From assembly GCA_964016885.1 (NCBI GenBank), contig OZ024742.1, positions 134,168,001 to 134,232,000 on the forward strand: a stretch of 64,000 bases of DNA. The letters run 5' to 3'. The translations under genes and the position numbers were made by a program. Positions within the stretch are counted from its first letter, which is position 1. Every line of letters begins with the position of its first letter. The stretch comes from Eledone cirrhosa (lineage: Eukaryota). The notes beneath the pieces are model-generated. The model saw nothing but the letters and a program-made list of their open reading frames with translations. It searched no databases and was not told the origin of the DNA. Positions 29,408 to 43,405 of this stretch are shown here, in pieces.

Positions 29408-31543
29408 TGTATGTGTGTGTGCGTGTGTGTGCGTGCGTGTGTGGGGTGGTGGTGGTGATGGGGGTGTTTTATGGCGGCGCTTTGGCAGAGTCGTTAGAAT
29501 GTCGAGAAAAAAGAACCAGTCTTCCTCTGAATCTCTCCATCATATCCTCTCTCTCTCGTTTCCTATCTTTCTCTGGAAGAAATCTGCTGTGCCCAGGATT
29601 GGAGGTAAATAAATGTGAGGCATATTCTTGAAGATACAAGATATGCATAAATATACATATGTGTGTATGGGCGTGCGTGTTTGAGTGTGTATGTTCGTTT
29701 GTGTGTCTGTGTATGCACGTGGACGTATGAGTTTGCACCTGCGTGCGTGTGTGTGTTTTTGTGTTTGTCTCCCCCTGTGTATATCAAAATGTGTATGTTA
29801 TCTTTACATGCAGAATATATATATGCGCATATTTAATGAACGCGTGTCAGTTAGTATAAAACTCTAACTCATTTGAATATTTATTCACTGGAGTGTTATA
29901 TAAAGTTGAACTACGTGTAGCATTTGGTTTGTGTCACTTATATTTGCTATTGCGTATATTTTTTTTTATTATTGCCTCTTGGCTTACTTATTTCTTTTTG
30001 ACGTTGTGGTTGTTGTTATTTTATTTGTTTTACAATCTTGTTTGTTTCAACATTTCCGCACATATTATAAATGCAAACTAGCAAATAGTGTGTATTTTTG
30101 ATGTGTGTGTGTTTGGCGGGAAGAAGATGATAATATTTGTCGTATTATTATTGTATGTTTTACTTTTCTGTTTGTTTTTCTTTCACTATATATTGTTTTG
30201 CAATCGAGAGATGTTTAAACTGTCATCTCAAATTATGTATATTGGATCATTTTAATGTTTTTTTCGTTATCTATTTTTCACATTTACCTATGTCTTAATT
30301 TTATTTTTATTTTTCGTTTTATTTTTCAAACTTGTTTTTTTTTTCTCTTCTTCTTTTACTTAGTAGATCTAGAAAACAGTTTTTGTAGTGAAATGTTATT
30401 CCCAAAAGAAATTGTAAACAGCCATCACAAAAGAGATGCAACACTCGTTTCCCTTACAAATTTCTAAGACAAAGAATCTATATTGTTTTTGAAAGAGCTA
30501 ACTTAACATTTCCATTTACAGTGGCTTATTGCTGGCATCTAGTCTATACAATGTTAAAAACGCAAAAATTATGTTTGATTATTGAATAATATATACTGAG
30601 TTACTTCATGTGTCACTGTGTTTACTCCACGAAAATCTGCGATCATCAATTATTTTTTGTTGTTATCTGACACCCAGGAATGTCACGATCGATCAATCAA
30701 TGATATTCCACTTGTAACAATTCCGATTATGTTTTATTTATTGGACGTCTTTTTTCCCATAAAATGTCGCTATTCAACAAGTATAAAATATGTACATTAT
30801 TTTTCAGGTGGCGTTTCCCTTAAGCAAATGCAAACATTTTTATTGTCGTGTTTCTTGTAATTCAAATTTTTAATTTTAGTAATGATGTTTCTGCACCTAA
30901 CAAGTCACCTAACTGATTGATGAAAACTGTAAATGTCTTCAGATTTCTCAAAATATATTGTCTTGGGTGACATTGATGTAGTATGTTGCAGATAAAAGCC
31001 AGTCCTCAAAGAACACTATGGTGGGGAATATATAAAAAAGCTATCTAATTTGAGGCATGTACGTTTACTTATCCTGCAAACTACATGTTGAAATGTACAA
31101 GTAGAAATTGTACTGAATATACTTCAGCTAATATATTATGTATAATAAAGGGAGGAGTGCGCGACTGTGTCCTTTTTTATGTTTTTCATCTCGGAAGTAA
31201 AATAAATTAGATTACTTTGAATAAATAATGAATGAATGTTATATAATTTATGTACTAAGTTTCGTAACTCTTGATTAAACGTAAAAAAATGTTTATCATT
31301 TATTACAAGATTCACTTCTTTTAAACATTTCAAATTTCAACTTCCGCTATAGAAATTTTGCGTCGGGTTTGTTAGCATAATTAGGATGTTATAAGTATCA
31401 TTATTGCGTACATCACTCATGTGCATTATATCTGTTGTTCTTCTTCATTGATTTTATAAAATTAGTATCGATAAACCTAATCACTATCAAACAAAACTAC
31501 AACCAGCACCACCACTTCAACACCCATATATATAAACAGGGTG

Positions 31544-31646
<103 letters not shown>

Positions 31647-31844
31647 GAGAGTGAGAGAGAGAGAGCGAGAGAGAGACAGGGGGGATTGTGTGAGTCTGTG
31701 AAGAGAGAGATACAGATAGATATAGGTAGTTATAAATATATCCTAGAATTTTGGTTTTCATACGCTGAAGCCTATGTCAGATAACAATCAGCAGCCACGC
31801 TTTGTGCTGCTACCACTGTTGTTACGACTATCTCATACTACTCT

Positions 31845-31968
31845 TTACGATCTCAGTTCAAATCCCGCTGAGGTTAATTTTGCCTTTCATCACTACGGAG
31901 TCGATAAAATAAAGTACCAGTAATGTACTGGGTAATTGCTGGCGTGGTGCCAAAAGTAGAAACAAATA
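31845..31968 (+). mobile_element. 5'-truncated tRNA-derived SINE
   Basis: gttcaaatcccgctgagg..gcctttcatc..gagtcgataaaataaagtaccag. Confidence 0.7.
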
Positions 31969-31985
31969 AAGAAAGATATATCATA

Positions 31986-32020
<35 letters not shown>

Positions 32021-32479
32021 AAATAGCATAGGATCATACATTTACATGTATGACTATATAAATATAATCACGTAAAAACAGACAGACTTACAAAAATACA
32101 CACTCACAGACATAAATTCACAAATTCGTAAGAGGTATGCTATATTTTTATCGCTATATCACATCGCTTTTATATCGTTATATATGTAAACGTTCATATA
32201 TTTCCCGTCTCTCAAACATACATTTATTTCCAAAATTTCGTTTCTTCGTGTCAGCGTTATTTTTTTTTTCGTTTAAACATATATTTATTTCTGAGATCTG
32301 ACCATGGAGATAATATATATATTTATACATACATGACAGAAAGTGAACATGGGACGCAGAAAACATTTATCATCTAAATTTCAAAACTTGCCAGCAGATG
32401 CACAACGACAAGGAGACGAGGGGAAATCAATGAAACAATAATGGCTCTAGAACATCTCAACACATTTCTACAAATGTGG

Positions 32480-35400
32480 TTCAGCTAATACACCAACAAC
32501 AACTTGCAATAAATACGAAACATTCAGAGTGGAAGGAACAGATCAATTGAAGATCTGGCAAAGAATCCTACAGATGAACCTATCCAGCAGCAAACTGTTC
32601 TTTCCATAATCCCACAACATAATGCAGGGAATCTCTCTGCCTCTTTTTGTCCGCACTGGAAAACTTATAGCTGGCAATATGAACCCAAATCTCTGTGCAG
32701 CTTCCAGGGAAAAGTGAAACTCCTTTATCTTCCTTCTTCCCCACCAAATATAATGATATCATTCGATATCACTCAAGCAGGAAATCTTTTACATAACAAC
32801 AATGTGCTTGCCTTAGTTTCAATTAGAGATTAGAGCGCCAGGATTTAGTCCCACATTTAAGATACAAGCTAAGGATTGTCATGTTATTGGATCACTACTT
32901 CCAAGTAATGTGTCACACAAGTTTGCACAGCTTTACTTCTAGGATACAGATCATGAGCTTCAGAATCGCATGCATCATGCCAATTTAGATCCTGCTGTCC
33001 TGCAAAACCTACAAGAAGACCTGCGCTACTGCAACACATATATAAGAAACTTCAAAGCAGCCATTGAAATGACATTCTCTTAAAATGTGAATATTGTCCA
33101 ACATGCTGACAAAGTAAAACACTCTGATGTTCATGTTGTACATATAATCATCCCATGGTATCTGAGAATGCTGTTATTCAACCTGATACAGCATCAGATC
33201 TCTTAGATGCCATTATTAATGAAAGTGATGATGGTCTTTAGAGGATTCATCAGGTGCACCGTTCTCATGATTCTCTGCATTATGTGCTACTGCTTCCTTG
33301 GGGGAAATGATGGGTTTCAGGTTGGTTTGAAAAGGATTGACAACAACCACACACTCACACGCCCGGGTTCCTTCTGTTATCGGTTTCAGGTTAGACAAGC
33401 TGACTATAACATCATGATAAGAAGCGGCTCAGACAGCAACATGCTGAAGATGCCGAGGTAAAAATAGAAAATTGTCGTCACAAATGGGCTGAAATCAATT
33501 AAACCATGATACGTGCTGAAACGTATAAGTGTTTGTATAATGCTGTGGTTGAAGAAGATTCAGGAAATGCAGGCCGGAGAATTGTTCTTCCTCCTTCAAA
33601 CTATGGTTCCCCTAGCTTCTACAGTGAGTATTTCTAGAATTCGATGACTGTGGTTCGACATATAGGAAACCCATCTTATTTCATCCCTAACTGGGAGGAA
33701 ATAAAAAAAAATAGTCTGCACCCCGGTGAAGAACCTAAGGGCCAATCATAATCTTTGTGTAAGAGTATTCAACATCAAGTCTGACAGCCTCATGGATGAC
33801 ATACTGAAGATAATATCATTCTGCTACAATAGAGTGGCAGAAACGAGGCCTCCCTCTTGCTCATATGCTGCTGATAATGGCTGAAGAAGGCAAGCCAAAA
33901 ACTGCAGATGCCATTGATCAGGTATTGTACAGTGAAATTTCCGATGAAGAGACCAATTCAATTCTGCATAAGAAGATCACATCATGAAACATTCATGGCC
34001 CATGTGGACAATATAGCATGATGTGTTCATGTATGGAAGGGCTAGGCAAACAACGCTATTGCTCAAAAGGATATACTAAGGCAGTCAGACAAACCAATCC
34101 TGTTGCCGAAAATTCCTTTCCGGAGTATAGATGGAGGGATAGACAACATAGTGGATACGCCCATACAATCCAACTTATTGAACAAGACTTTACTGTTGAT
34201 AATCGTTGGATTGTTCCATACAAACCTTTCCTCTCTTTGAGATGTCAGTGCTACATCAATTGTCCACAGTGTCAAGGCTGTTAAGTACTTATATGAGTAC
34301 ATCACAAAAGGATCAGACAAAATCACTTTCACTATTAAATATGATCAAGGAAATTGTGTCCATGCCCAAAATGAGATTGCGACCTTTATTAATGCACGGT
34401 ATATCTCTCCCATTAACGCATTCTGGAGAATCTATAAATTTCCGTTACATCATCGGAAACCCTCAGTTGAAAAGGTGGATTGCCATTTAGCTGGGGAACA
34501 AATGGTCGTGTATGATCGAGAGGAGGAAGAAAGTGATGTTTCTAGAGAAGAGCCAATGAGTAAGTTGACGGGACATTTTCACCTGAATATATTGTACATC
34601 GATATTCCTAAATATTTCACTTCGACAAACAAAAAGTGTCAAATAAGAAAAAAGGGCATATGGATGGTGATGAATTTATGGGTGAAATAATTTGACGCAT
34701 TCCAACAGTATCTCTCAGTAGACGTCAATCTGAATTATATTATCTCAGGATGATCCTACATCACATGGCTGGGTCAACTTCATACAAAGATTTGAAGACA
34801 ATTGAAGGAGTTGAATTTTCAACATTTCAAAAAGCACTTGGAAAAAGAAACCTGGTCTGTTGTATGATGACGCGCAGAAAAAGACAGAGCTACGGAAGAG
34901 GTATCATCTATTACGCTTGATCCTCAGTAACGAGATATATTATGCGCCATATTATTGTACTACATGCCGAATGACCCTCTGCAGTTTTGGGAGTAATGGA
35001 ACCAAACCGTGCAAATTGTTGTACTGAATATCCACAAAAAAATCCAATATGATGTCTTGAACATTCATGCCAACTACATACTTCCTCGGCTAGACCCAAC
35101 TATTGTTGCCATACCAAAAATCAATAGGGTTTTTAATTGATTTCAATACACCCTAATTGCAAGCGAACATAAATGAACTTCTGCCAACATTGAATCCTGA
35201 GCAACTGGTTATTTTTCACAAAGTAATCACCTCTGTAAAAGAAAATAGAGGTAGAATGTTCTCGCCGATGCAAGTGCAGGCACAGGAAATACCTATGTCA
35301 TCAAGCAAAGAAGATTGCACATGCCACTGCCATATCTGGAATAGCAGCCGCTTTGCTCCACAGAGATAGAACATTTCATTCCAAGTGCAAGATTCCTGTC

Positions 35401-35610
35401 AATGTGACTGCTGAATCAACTTGCTCCTTCACAAAGGGGGATGCGACAGATAAACTTATGCAGCAAGCTTACCTGCTTATTATTGTTGAGATAAGTATGG
35501 GACATAATCATATCTTCAAATGCATTGACAGTAGTTTCAAAGTCATTTGGTGGTTAAACAGCATTATTATCTGGTGACTGGAAGCAAATCCTTCCAGCTG
35601 TACGTCATTA
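32480..35610 (+). mobile_element. Decayed Helitron RepHel (HUH Rep and Pif1-like helicase)
   Basis: Fragments across frames: FAQLYF, RIVLPPS, EWQKRGLP, HGPCG, VDNRWIVPY, KYLYEYITKGSD, YYLRMIL, LNPEQ, ATSGIAA, RTFHS, GDWKQILP. Confidence 0.92.
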
Positions 35611-35619
35611 TTCTGCTTG

Positions 35620-35840
35620 TGACGCTAAACTCCGCCAGATGCAGACTGCGCATCAACATGAGATATGTTTCTCCACAAAGTTCGATCACCAGCAGCAGAG
35701 TTTAAACAGCAAATATCAAGTCCAGTCCATAGTTTGCCATTATCAAGCCATCGTTTTGGCTGCCGGTCTCTGCATCTCCTACCAGCCAACCTTCCTACCA
35801 GCCAACCTTCCTTCCAGGCATAATCTAGTGATACCACGAG
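35620..35840 (-). mobile_element. RTE LINE 3' fragment
   Basis: GRLAGRRCRDRQPKRWLD...AGDRTLWR C-terminal motif. Confidence 0.7.
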
Positions 35841-37842
35841 TTGATCATTTTATATCATCGAACAGTGATATTATAAATTTACTGGATGAAGCTTCCCATC
35901 GTCACTCTCAAGTGAAGATTCATTAATATTTTCCATCAACAATTTCATTGCTTTTCCATCTTCATTATTGCCTTTCTTTTAAATGTATCACGGATAACTT
36001 TACTGATTACAGAAATAAGTATAACACAGTATTTGTTCAATTCATGTGCATGTTGTCAATTTACTTTTCAATTTACGTATCATATATGTATGCATATATA
36101 TTTGCGTATGATATCAATATGTACGCTACATATGCTTGCAGAAAACTACTATGAATTTGTAATGACACTTTTCTTAAACATAATTCTACGAACACAATTA
36201 GTATAATTTATTGTTGGTGCTAACAGCAAACACAAATCCACGCGGCAGAGGATATGTATTTCAGAAAATACTTCTGCGCATTAGCATCCAAATTGGAGCA
36301 CTCGATTTTGAAGAAAATTAAGTTAGTCTGTTCTGCCCTTTTTTCAGTATTAGTTAAATTTAAAACATCTTCATTTGCAAACCACGTTTCATTCGAGTTA
36401 GGAGAACACCATACATTGATCCAGTTTTTATCAAACGTATGGCTATGTTATAAACACGAGTGCTCTATATTTATATCCCGCTAGTTTCAACAAAATGCAA
36501 TAAAGCTGCAATTACAGTTAGCTTGAAATTTATAATTACATGCCACATTAATATATTTGATTTTTATATTCAACGGCATTTACAATCTCCATCCACTTGA
36601 TATCCTATCCATTTAGAATAAATTATATCCGCACAAGTTGGATGCTTGTCAGTAGAAGAGCAGCATTTCTGCAGTCAAACTTTTTATTCTTATTCTTCAA
36701 AAAGTAAAAACGAACAACGAAAAGACATTCTCAATTCTCAACCAGCAAGCATATTTTTCCATCAAACCAAGCGCTTCTCCCGTAATACATATTATTAATT
36801 CAGATTTATACATTCGGCAGGGGTTTCATATTTAAAATCCCCATGTTAAACAATTACTAGTGTTATTTCTCTTATTTAAGTTGACGTCTGCCAATGTTTA
36901 AATGACCGCTACCACCGTTTTAGTGTTCATAAACAGAAGTGAAAATCGATGTGAGCAATCGATTATCCATTACCAAATAGAGAAGACGCAACCCTAATCA
37001 GCAGAGGAAATCGTCTTTGGACAAGTGACAATAAAGTAGAACATTATCTGTATTACTCTCATGTTCCGGGAAGTAGTCAAACAATATCTCGCGGTGTGTA
37101 GAATATTTTAACTGTATCTTATTACTAGATACAGGAAAAAAAAGAAAAAGCGAGAGGGTCTAGAGAGAAAAGGGAGAATATTGACACCTTTGTGAGTATA
37201 CTAGTACAATAATATACGATTTTCTTCTTTTTCGTTGCAGTGAACTGTCTGTGAGGCATATAAAAACAAAATAGTGTCACTGAGAATTATATATGATGAA
37301 TATTCATTGCTAATTCAAGAAAATGTTCTCAGTAAAAATAACATGTATGTTATTGTATTGTATTCCCTTACAACTATAGCCGATATTTGTTAAAGTCTTG
37401 CTTTTGAGTACACACAATACTAAAAGGAATCTGAACCGTTAAAACGTGTGAACACGGAATTTGTACAATATCTCACCTAGGAAGCAGAGCATAGAACATT
37501 ACACATTCTACATTCGTCATCAGTCAGTGTGTTTATTAAATCATAATGTTTCAAAGTAAAATCAATGAGAATCGCTTCATCATTAATGAAGGGAGCGATT
37601 ATGAAAGCATTTACTACTTTCTCCGGTCATAACAGTGAACTGCGCAGAAAGTAACACCGTATATCATGAGTGAGAGCAGTGTTAAACTACTGAATATGGG
37701 ATTACGTTAAATAAAGTTATGTAACAATAAAACTATTATGTGCTAACTTTACTTTCACAAATTCGTACTAATATTCTTTAATGTGAATATGTTTTGACAT
37801 TTTCTATTTCACCACCTGTATTTACTATCTCTCATGTCTCAT

Positions 37843-37982
<140 letters not shown>

Positions 37983-38388
37983 TTTTGCGAGTTTTTCATA
38001 TGAAATCGCGTGTCGAAACAAATATTGGTATATTTGGGGAGGGTCATATTTGTGTAATAATATTGCCAGAATTAATTATACAGAACACACTCACTGTTTC
38101 GTTGGTTTTCGCGTCTGTATCTTTTATATCGGTTAATTTAATTTCTTCGGTCCTCAATGTTACCATTGACTGACCAACGATCAACAATACAGATACAATA
38201 TAGACACAAACACATATATATATAGTCGAAAAAAGTTATTTCGTTGCACATCTGCAACATCGTCAGTGGTGCTATTATGTCTCCTCCCGTTATATTGTAT
38301 GCTTACGCCATCTTTATTTAGTCTGTTTATTTATTTATTTATTTGTAAATTTGTTGGTCTTCTCTGAGCATGCGTTTGCATGTGTGTA

Positions 38389-40727
38389 TAGTATGGGCGC
38401 GACGGATTCGGCTGAGGTCACAGATCTTATAGGATGATTCCTACTATTTAAACTCACCGAAATGTTTCCTGCATTCGGCGGTGGATTGTATCTTGATGAT
38501 GGGCTCCTTACCCTCAAATGGATAGAACCCCAGTAGTACAGACCGGGTCCGGAAACAATTAATAAGCATCTTTCGCGACTGGGGATTTTAAATAACCCTA
38601 CAACCGTCCCTAACCTGAGTAAACATCCTGGACGTTACCCTTAACCTCGATAATGATCTGTAGTACCCTTACAGGAAACCAAACGATAACCTGCATTACA
38701 TCCACCGCCGGTCGAACCATCCTAGAAACACCAACAATAACCTGGTTTAAAATATCTCCCTCCGCATATCACGTTTGTCCGCTAATGAACAGATAATCGA
38801 CGAACATGCGCCTTATTACAACCAGGCCCTCAAGCGGAGTGGCTTCCGGGAGGAAATATCCTATTGTCCAGTTTCTATTAGCGGAATCAGCAGGCGACAC
38901 CGCCGCTTACGCAACGTACCGTGGTTCAATCCTCCCCACAATGCCGAGGTGACAACACCTATCGGGAATATCTTCTTTAGGCTCATCGAAAAACACTTCC
39001 CACTACAACACCGCTACCACAACATAATCAACAAAAACACCATCAAACTCTCCTTAAGCACCACACCTATCTTCGCACAAAACATCGTCTCCTCTAACAA
39101 CAAACAAATCAATCCATATGGAAGAAATAACCTAGAGAGCAGTCGACGTGTAACTGTCCTGAAAGATCCCTTTGCCCCTCAACAACAGATGTCGAGATCG
39201 TAATGTAATCTACCAGTGCAACGTGAAGACGGACACCTCCAACAAATCTTATATAGGATTAAACGCTTGGGACTTCAAGACCCGGCTCTACCTACACAGA
39301 CGTACTTTCTGAAACCCGGACCGGCGTCATGCCACTACTCTTTCGGGCCACATCTATGAGCTCAAAGAATATAATATAACCTACAATCTCACTTGGAGCT
39401 TACTCTCCAGAACTAACTCTTACACAGGAGGACGATGTCCGTGTAACCTATGCTCGGAGGAAACACACATATGTTGTTTTCCAAGGACCAACTCCTAAAC
39501 AAGTAAGACGAACTGGTAACTGCATGCAAACACAGATTGCGTAGGACTTACCTCGCCCTCAAACCCCATAATGACCGGGGAGGGGGGTAGACAAGGGCTG
39601 AAACACCCCACTTGCCGAATTTGTAAGGGGTAAGCTTACAAAGGTAGACATAACTTTTTTATCTTTTCATCTATATTTATTTCTCCCCCCATCTCTTCGT
39701 AGTCCTTCTACCCCATATCTCCTTGTCTTTGTTTCACCTTTACGCCCACCCCGATGCAGCCCATCGGTCCTCTGTAGCCTCAGTACCCCCCCCCCCTAAT
39801 TTTAAGATATAATTGGCCGATTACGCTTTTTATAGCAGATGTGTTAGACCCCAGTAAATTGTTTTCTTTCTGGATGCTGCTCCATTTCTGCGATTTCTAA
39901 ATTTCTTAGTGGTATTTTTGTATTAGTATCCTTGTATTAGTATTTATGTATTAGTATTCTGAATTAATATTTCGTATTAGTATGTTTGTAGTAGTATTTT
40001 AGTATGTTTGTCCTCAACTTATTAACCTGTCATTGTAAGATAGCATTGGCTGATTACTACTAACTATAGCAGTGGTGTTTGACCCCCTGCAAAGCCGGCT
40101 TTATAAAATTCTTTCACTACAATTTCGTATTTAGTAATTTTCTCCACCTATTAAACTTTTCTATAGCTTAGCAATACCAATGATAGATTTAGTGATTGTG
40201 GGGATGGAGCAGTAACCAGAAATTATTTTAATAATATATTTATCTCCACATTTTTATAATTATTTTTTTGTTTACTCCCTTTCGATTCACCTATTCTGTC
40301 AAATACCCCCCCCCCTCTTCTCCACAACACATTTTTCGAACTTCTATACACTATCCTTAGAATCTGTTGTATAGATTTCACTTTCAATGCTTGAATGGGT
40401 TTCCCCCCTTCCTCTTTGCTCTACCGGCAAGTTCAGCTACCCCTATCCCCCACTAAATGCCATGATAGTATCATCTGTCTTGACAACAAATGTTTGACCA
40501 ATCCTTTTGACAATTACTATCTTCCCATATAAGGAATTAACCCCTGAGAAGTTCGGATATTTATTTACCAGGTTAAACATTCTTATTTAGTCCAGAATTA
40601 GCCATCAAAACGGCTTGAGCTCTGCCGTTGGGGTCATACTTGTTCCTATTACCCACTCTACTACCCTAAGTATTGAGTACTTTGGTGCGTTATGGTCCAT
40701 CTGTTTCCTTACCACATTTCCTTCGTT
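38389..40727 (+). mobile_element. Nai-A copy 2, 5'-truncated, disrupted ORF at about 38389-39590, 3' region ending with the tail
   Basis: MGATDSAEVTDL, LDDGL, WFNPP, SYIGL, CNLC; terminus matches 42103. Confidence 0.9.
40539..40634 (+). ncRNA. Degraded Nai-A hammerhead ribozyme
   Basis: acccc-TGAGAA-gttcggata...tagccatc-AAAA-cggcttgagctctgcc-GTT-ggggt. Confidence 0.55.
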
Positions 40728-40744
40728 ATATATATATATAGAAA

Positions 40745-40770
40745 TATATATATTTCGTTTCATTCTTTCC

Positions 40771-40828
<58 letters not shown>

Positions 40829-41430
40829 GAAAATTAGAGTTAAAACTCAATTGGAACCCTGTAACTATTAGGCTCAAAGTATAAATACTGAGCCGATTAA
40901 TAATATATAGTAAGAAACACAGTAAACCGTGTGTCTAAAATTACAAGGGTTGAAAAACCACATTTGTTTGAAATATTTAACCAAGGAGCAGACAGAATGA
41001 TAGAATATACAAACCGCCTCAATAACCATTATATCTCTCGGACAGATTATCCTTAATCTGTTTCGCCCTGAGTGTGTTTGTAACAGATAATCCTGGGCTT
41101 CATCAGCGAGAGAATCTGATTAAATGCCACAAACACTATTTGCCAACGTTCACACAGAAAGATGAATTTGTCACCTCGTGCGCCGCTAGTCAAACGTGGT
41201 AAGCGTGTATCGAATAGAAATAACAGTCCAACACACACAACGTGTTTCTTACTATATATTATTAATCGGCTCAGTGTTTATACTTTGAGCGTAATAGTTA
41301 CAGGGTTCCAATTTTCATATATATTTCTGCTCACTCACAAGTTGAGCTTATTAAGTTGTGTGTGTTGGACTCTTATTTCCATTCGATACACGCTTACCAC
41401 GTAAATATATACGGACAAAATGAAACGAAA
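40745..41430. mobile_element. Multi-inverted-repeat ORF-less element with a central HHR
   Basis: 40830-40920 vs 41240-41320 and 41193-41240 vs 41356-41402 are inverted pairs. Confidence 0.75.
41035..41112 (-). ncRNA. Intact type I hammerhead ribozyme, predicted able to fold as a monomer
   Basis: ctctcg-CTGATGA-a-gccc-[26 nt]-gggc-GAAA-cagatta-agga-taatct-GTC-cgagag; 6-bp stem I, 4-bp stem II, 8-bp stem III. Confidence 0.9.
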
Positions 41431-41652
41431 AGTCATCTCTCACTCTTAGTACGGCTGTTGCTTAAATATAAGTATGTATACGTACAGTAGTATGTATATA
41501 TAGACATACATGCACACATATATATACATATACGTATGGATTTACCGAACATTTGTTATAATGCTCGGTGTGTTTGTAAACAGACATCCCCAATTAAACC
41601 GTACAGTTTTTAGCAACAATCTTTGCCTTTTTGCTCAACACTGTCAAAGGAA

Positions 41653-41693
41653 CGATTTAGTAGTTTCAAGCTTATTAGCTATCGTTAGCACCG
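41653..41693 (-). ncRNA. Minimal hammerhead ribozyme, degraded mirror copy
   Basis: cggtg-CTAACGA-tagctaataagctt-GAAA-ctacta-aatcg. Confidence 0.55.
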
Positions 41694-41780
41694 TATACCT
41701 TCCTGCCAGATGATTGAACGTCTGAAAGTATAAGGAAAGTATATACTTTTAAACGTTCAATCATCTGGCAGGAATGTATA

Positions 41781-41821
41781 CAGAGCTGACGATAGCTAAT
41801 AAGCTTGAAACTAGTACATCG
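41781..41821 (+). ncRNA. Minimal type I hammerhead ribozyme
   Basis: cagag-CTGACGA-t-agct-aata-agct-t-GAAA-cta-GTA-catcg; stem III palindrome ACTAGT; combining the arms gives stem I cggtg/catcg. Confidence 0.7.
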
Positions 41822-42023
41822 TTCCTTTGTCAGTGTTGAACAAAAGGGCAAAGATGTTTGTTAAACACTGTACGGCTTAATTCGGTATGTTTGTTTACAA
41901 ACACACCGAGCATTATAATAATTGTTCGGTAAATCCATACGTACATGTATACATGTGTGCATGCCTGTATATATATACATACTACTGTACGTCTGTAGAC
42001 ATATATGTATGTACGTATACATA

Positions 42024-42099
<76 letters not shown>

Positions 42100-42195
42100 T
42101 ATAACGAAGGAAATGCGGTAAGGAACCAGGTGGACCATAACGCACCAAAGTACTCAATACTTGGGGTAGTAGAGTGGGTAATAGGAACCAGTAAG

Positions 42196-42289
42196 ACCCC
42201 GACAGCTGAGCTCAAGCCGTTTCGACGGCTAGTTCTGGACTAAATGAAAATTTATCCTGGTATTTAAATAGCCGATCTTCTCAAGGGGT
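42196..42289 (-). ncRNA. Type I hammerhead ribozyme with U3-A8 core (Nai-A, sense arm)
   Basis: acccc-TTGAGAA-gatcggcta...tagccgtc-GAAA-cggcttgagctcagct-GTC-ggggt. Confidence 0.8.
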
Positions 42290-43405
42290 AATTCCATAAA
42301 TGGTCAAAGTGATTGTCAAAAATCAGTAGTAATTCTGTGATTGCAAATTAGTAGGGGAGATGGTGGCTAAACCTGCCAGTAGGCGAAAGAGGGGAGGGGG
42401 TGGAGTAGACCCAATCAAGCGTTGGTAGTGCCAGCTACAGCTGGGCATGAGGTCAAAGAAGATACTGGGGAGGGGGAGGGGGAGGAAGTCGGAACGGTAG
42501 GTAGAACAATGGGGGCAAAAATATATATGAAAGAAAAAATACTGAGAGTGAAGAAAAGCGAATAAGTGTAAAGAAAAAAAAAAAAGTAAAGCAAGTTCTA
42601 CGACCTAGGTCTCTAGCTATTGTTAGGCTAGAATAAATAAATAAAGAAAGAAAGAAAGAAGTAAAGAAAGAAATAAAGAAATAACGAAATAAGTAAAAGA
42701 ACTAGGTGGGACGGATAAGGCAAGGACCCTTTTAAGAGGTATAAGTACGTAAATGATACGGTGACGGGTCAACAAAAGGGGCCAAAATACTAAAGAGACT
42801 ACCACGAAATAAATAATAAAGGTTTCTATCCCGGGCACAATGCCAGCAACCACCCAGTGCAGCAAAGTGAACTAGTACGAGATAATAATTCTGAGTCCCG
42901 AAAAAAATATATACTAATGCTAACTCTAAAAGATCTAAAACAAGCTACATGAAAGTTCGTACGAAGTAAAGGTAGAATACGGAAAAATAAATTCAGAATC
43001 CACCCCGCCCAAAAGAAAAGCGAAGAAAGAAATACTTAAACGAAAAAATAAGGCATAAGTGCCACTAAGAAATATAGAAGGCACGGAGAATAGTGGGAGC
43101 GGTCGGAAAAAGAGGGCAAGTATCCGGGGTCTAAACCAACTGCTATAAAAGGCGGAGTCCGCCAAATCTATCATAGACTAGGGGAGGGGGTGGGGGTACT
43201 AAGGCTACAAGGGCCAAAGGGCAGCCTCGGGTGGGCGAGAAAAGACGCCGACAAAGGAGAAGAGCTGGGGTAGAAGGACTAAGGAGAGATGGGGGGATGG
43301 AAATAAAGGGAGCGATAAAAGAATAAAAAGAAGATCTTACGTCTCCCTTGGCAAGCAGGGGTTACCCATTGCAAAATCGGCAAGTGGGGGTGTTATAGCC
43401 CTAGT

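Larger units (their letters stand above)
41470..42010. mobile_element. ORF-less fold-back element (about 260-bp arms) with two minimal HHRs
   Basis: Inverted repeat centred near 41738. Confidence 0.85.
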
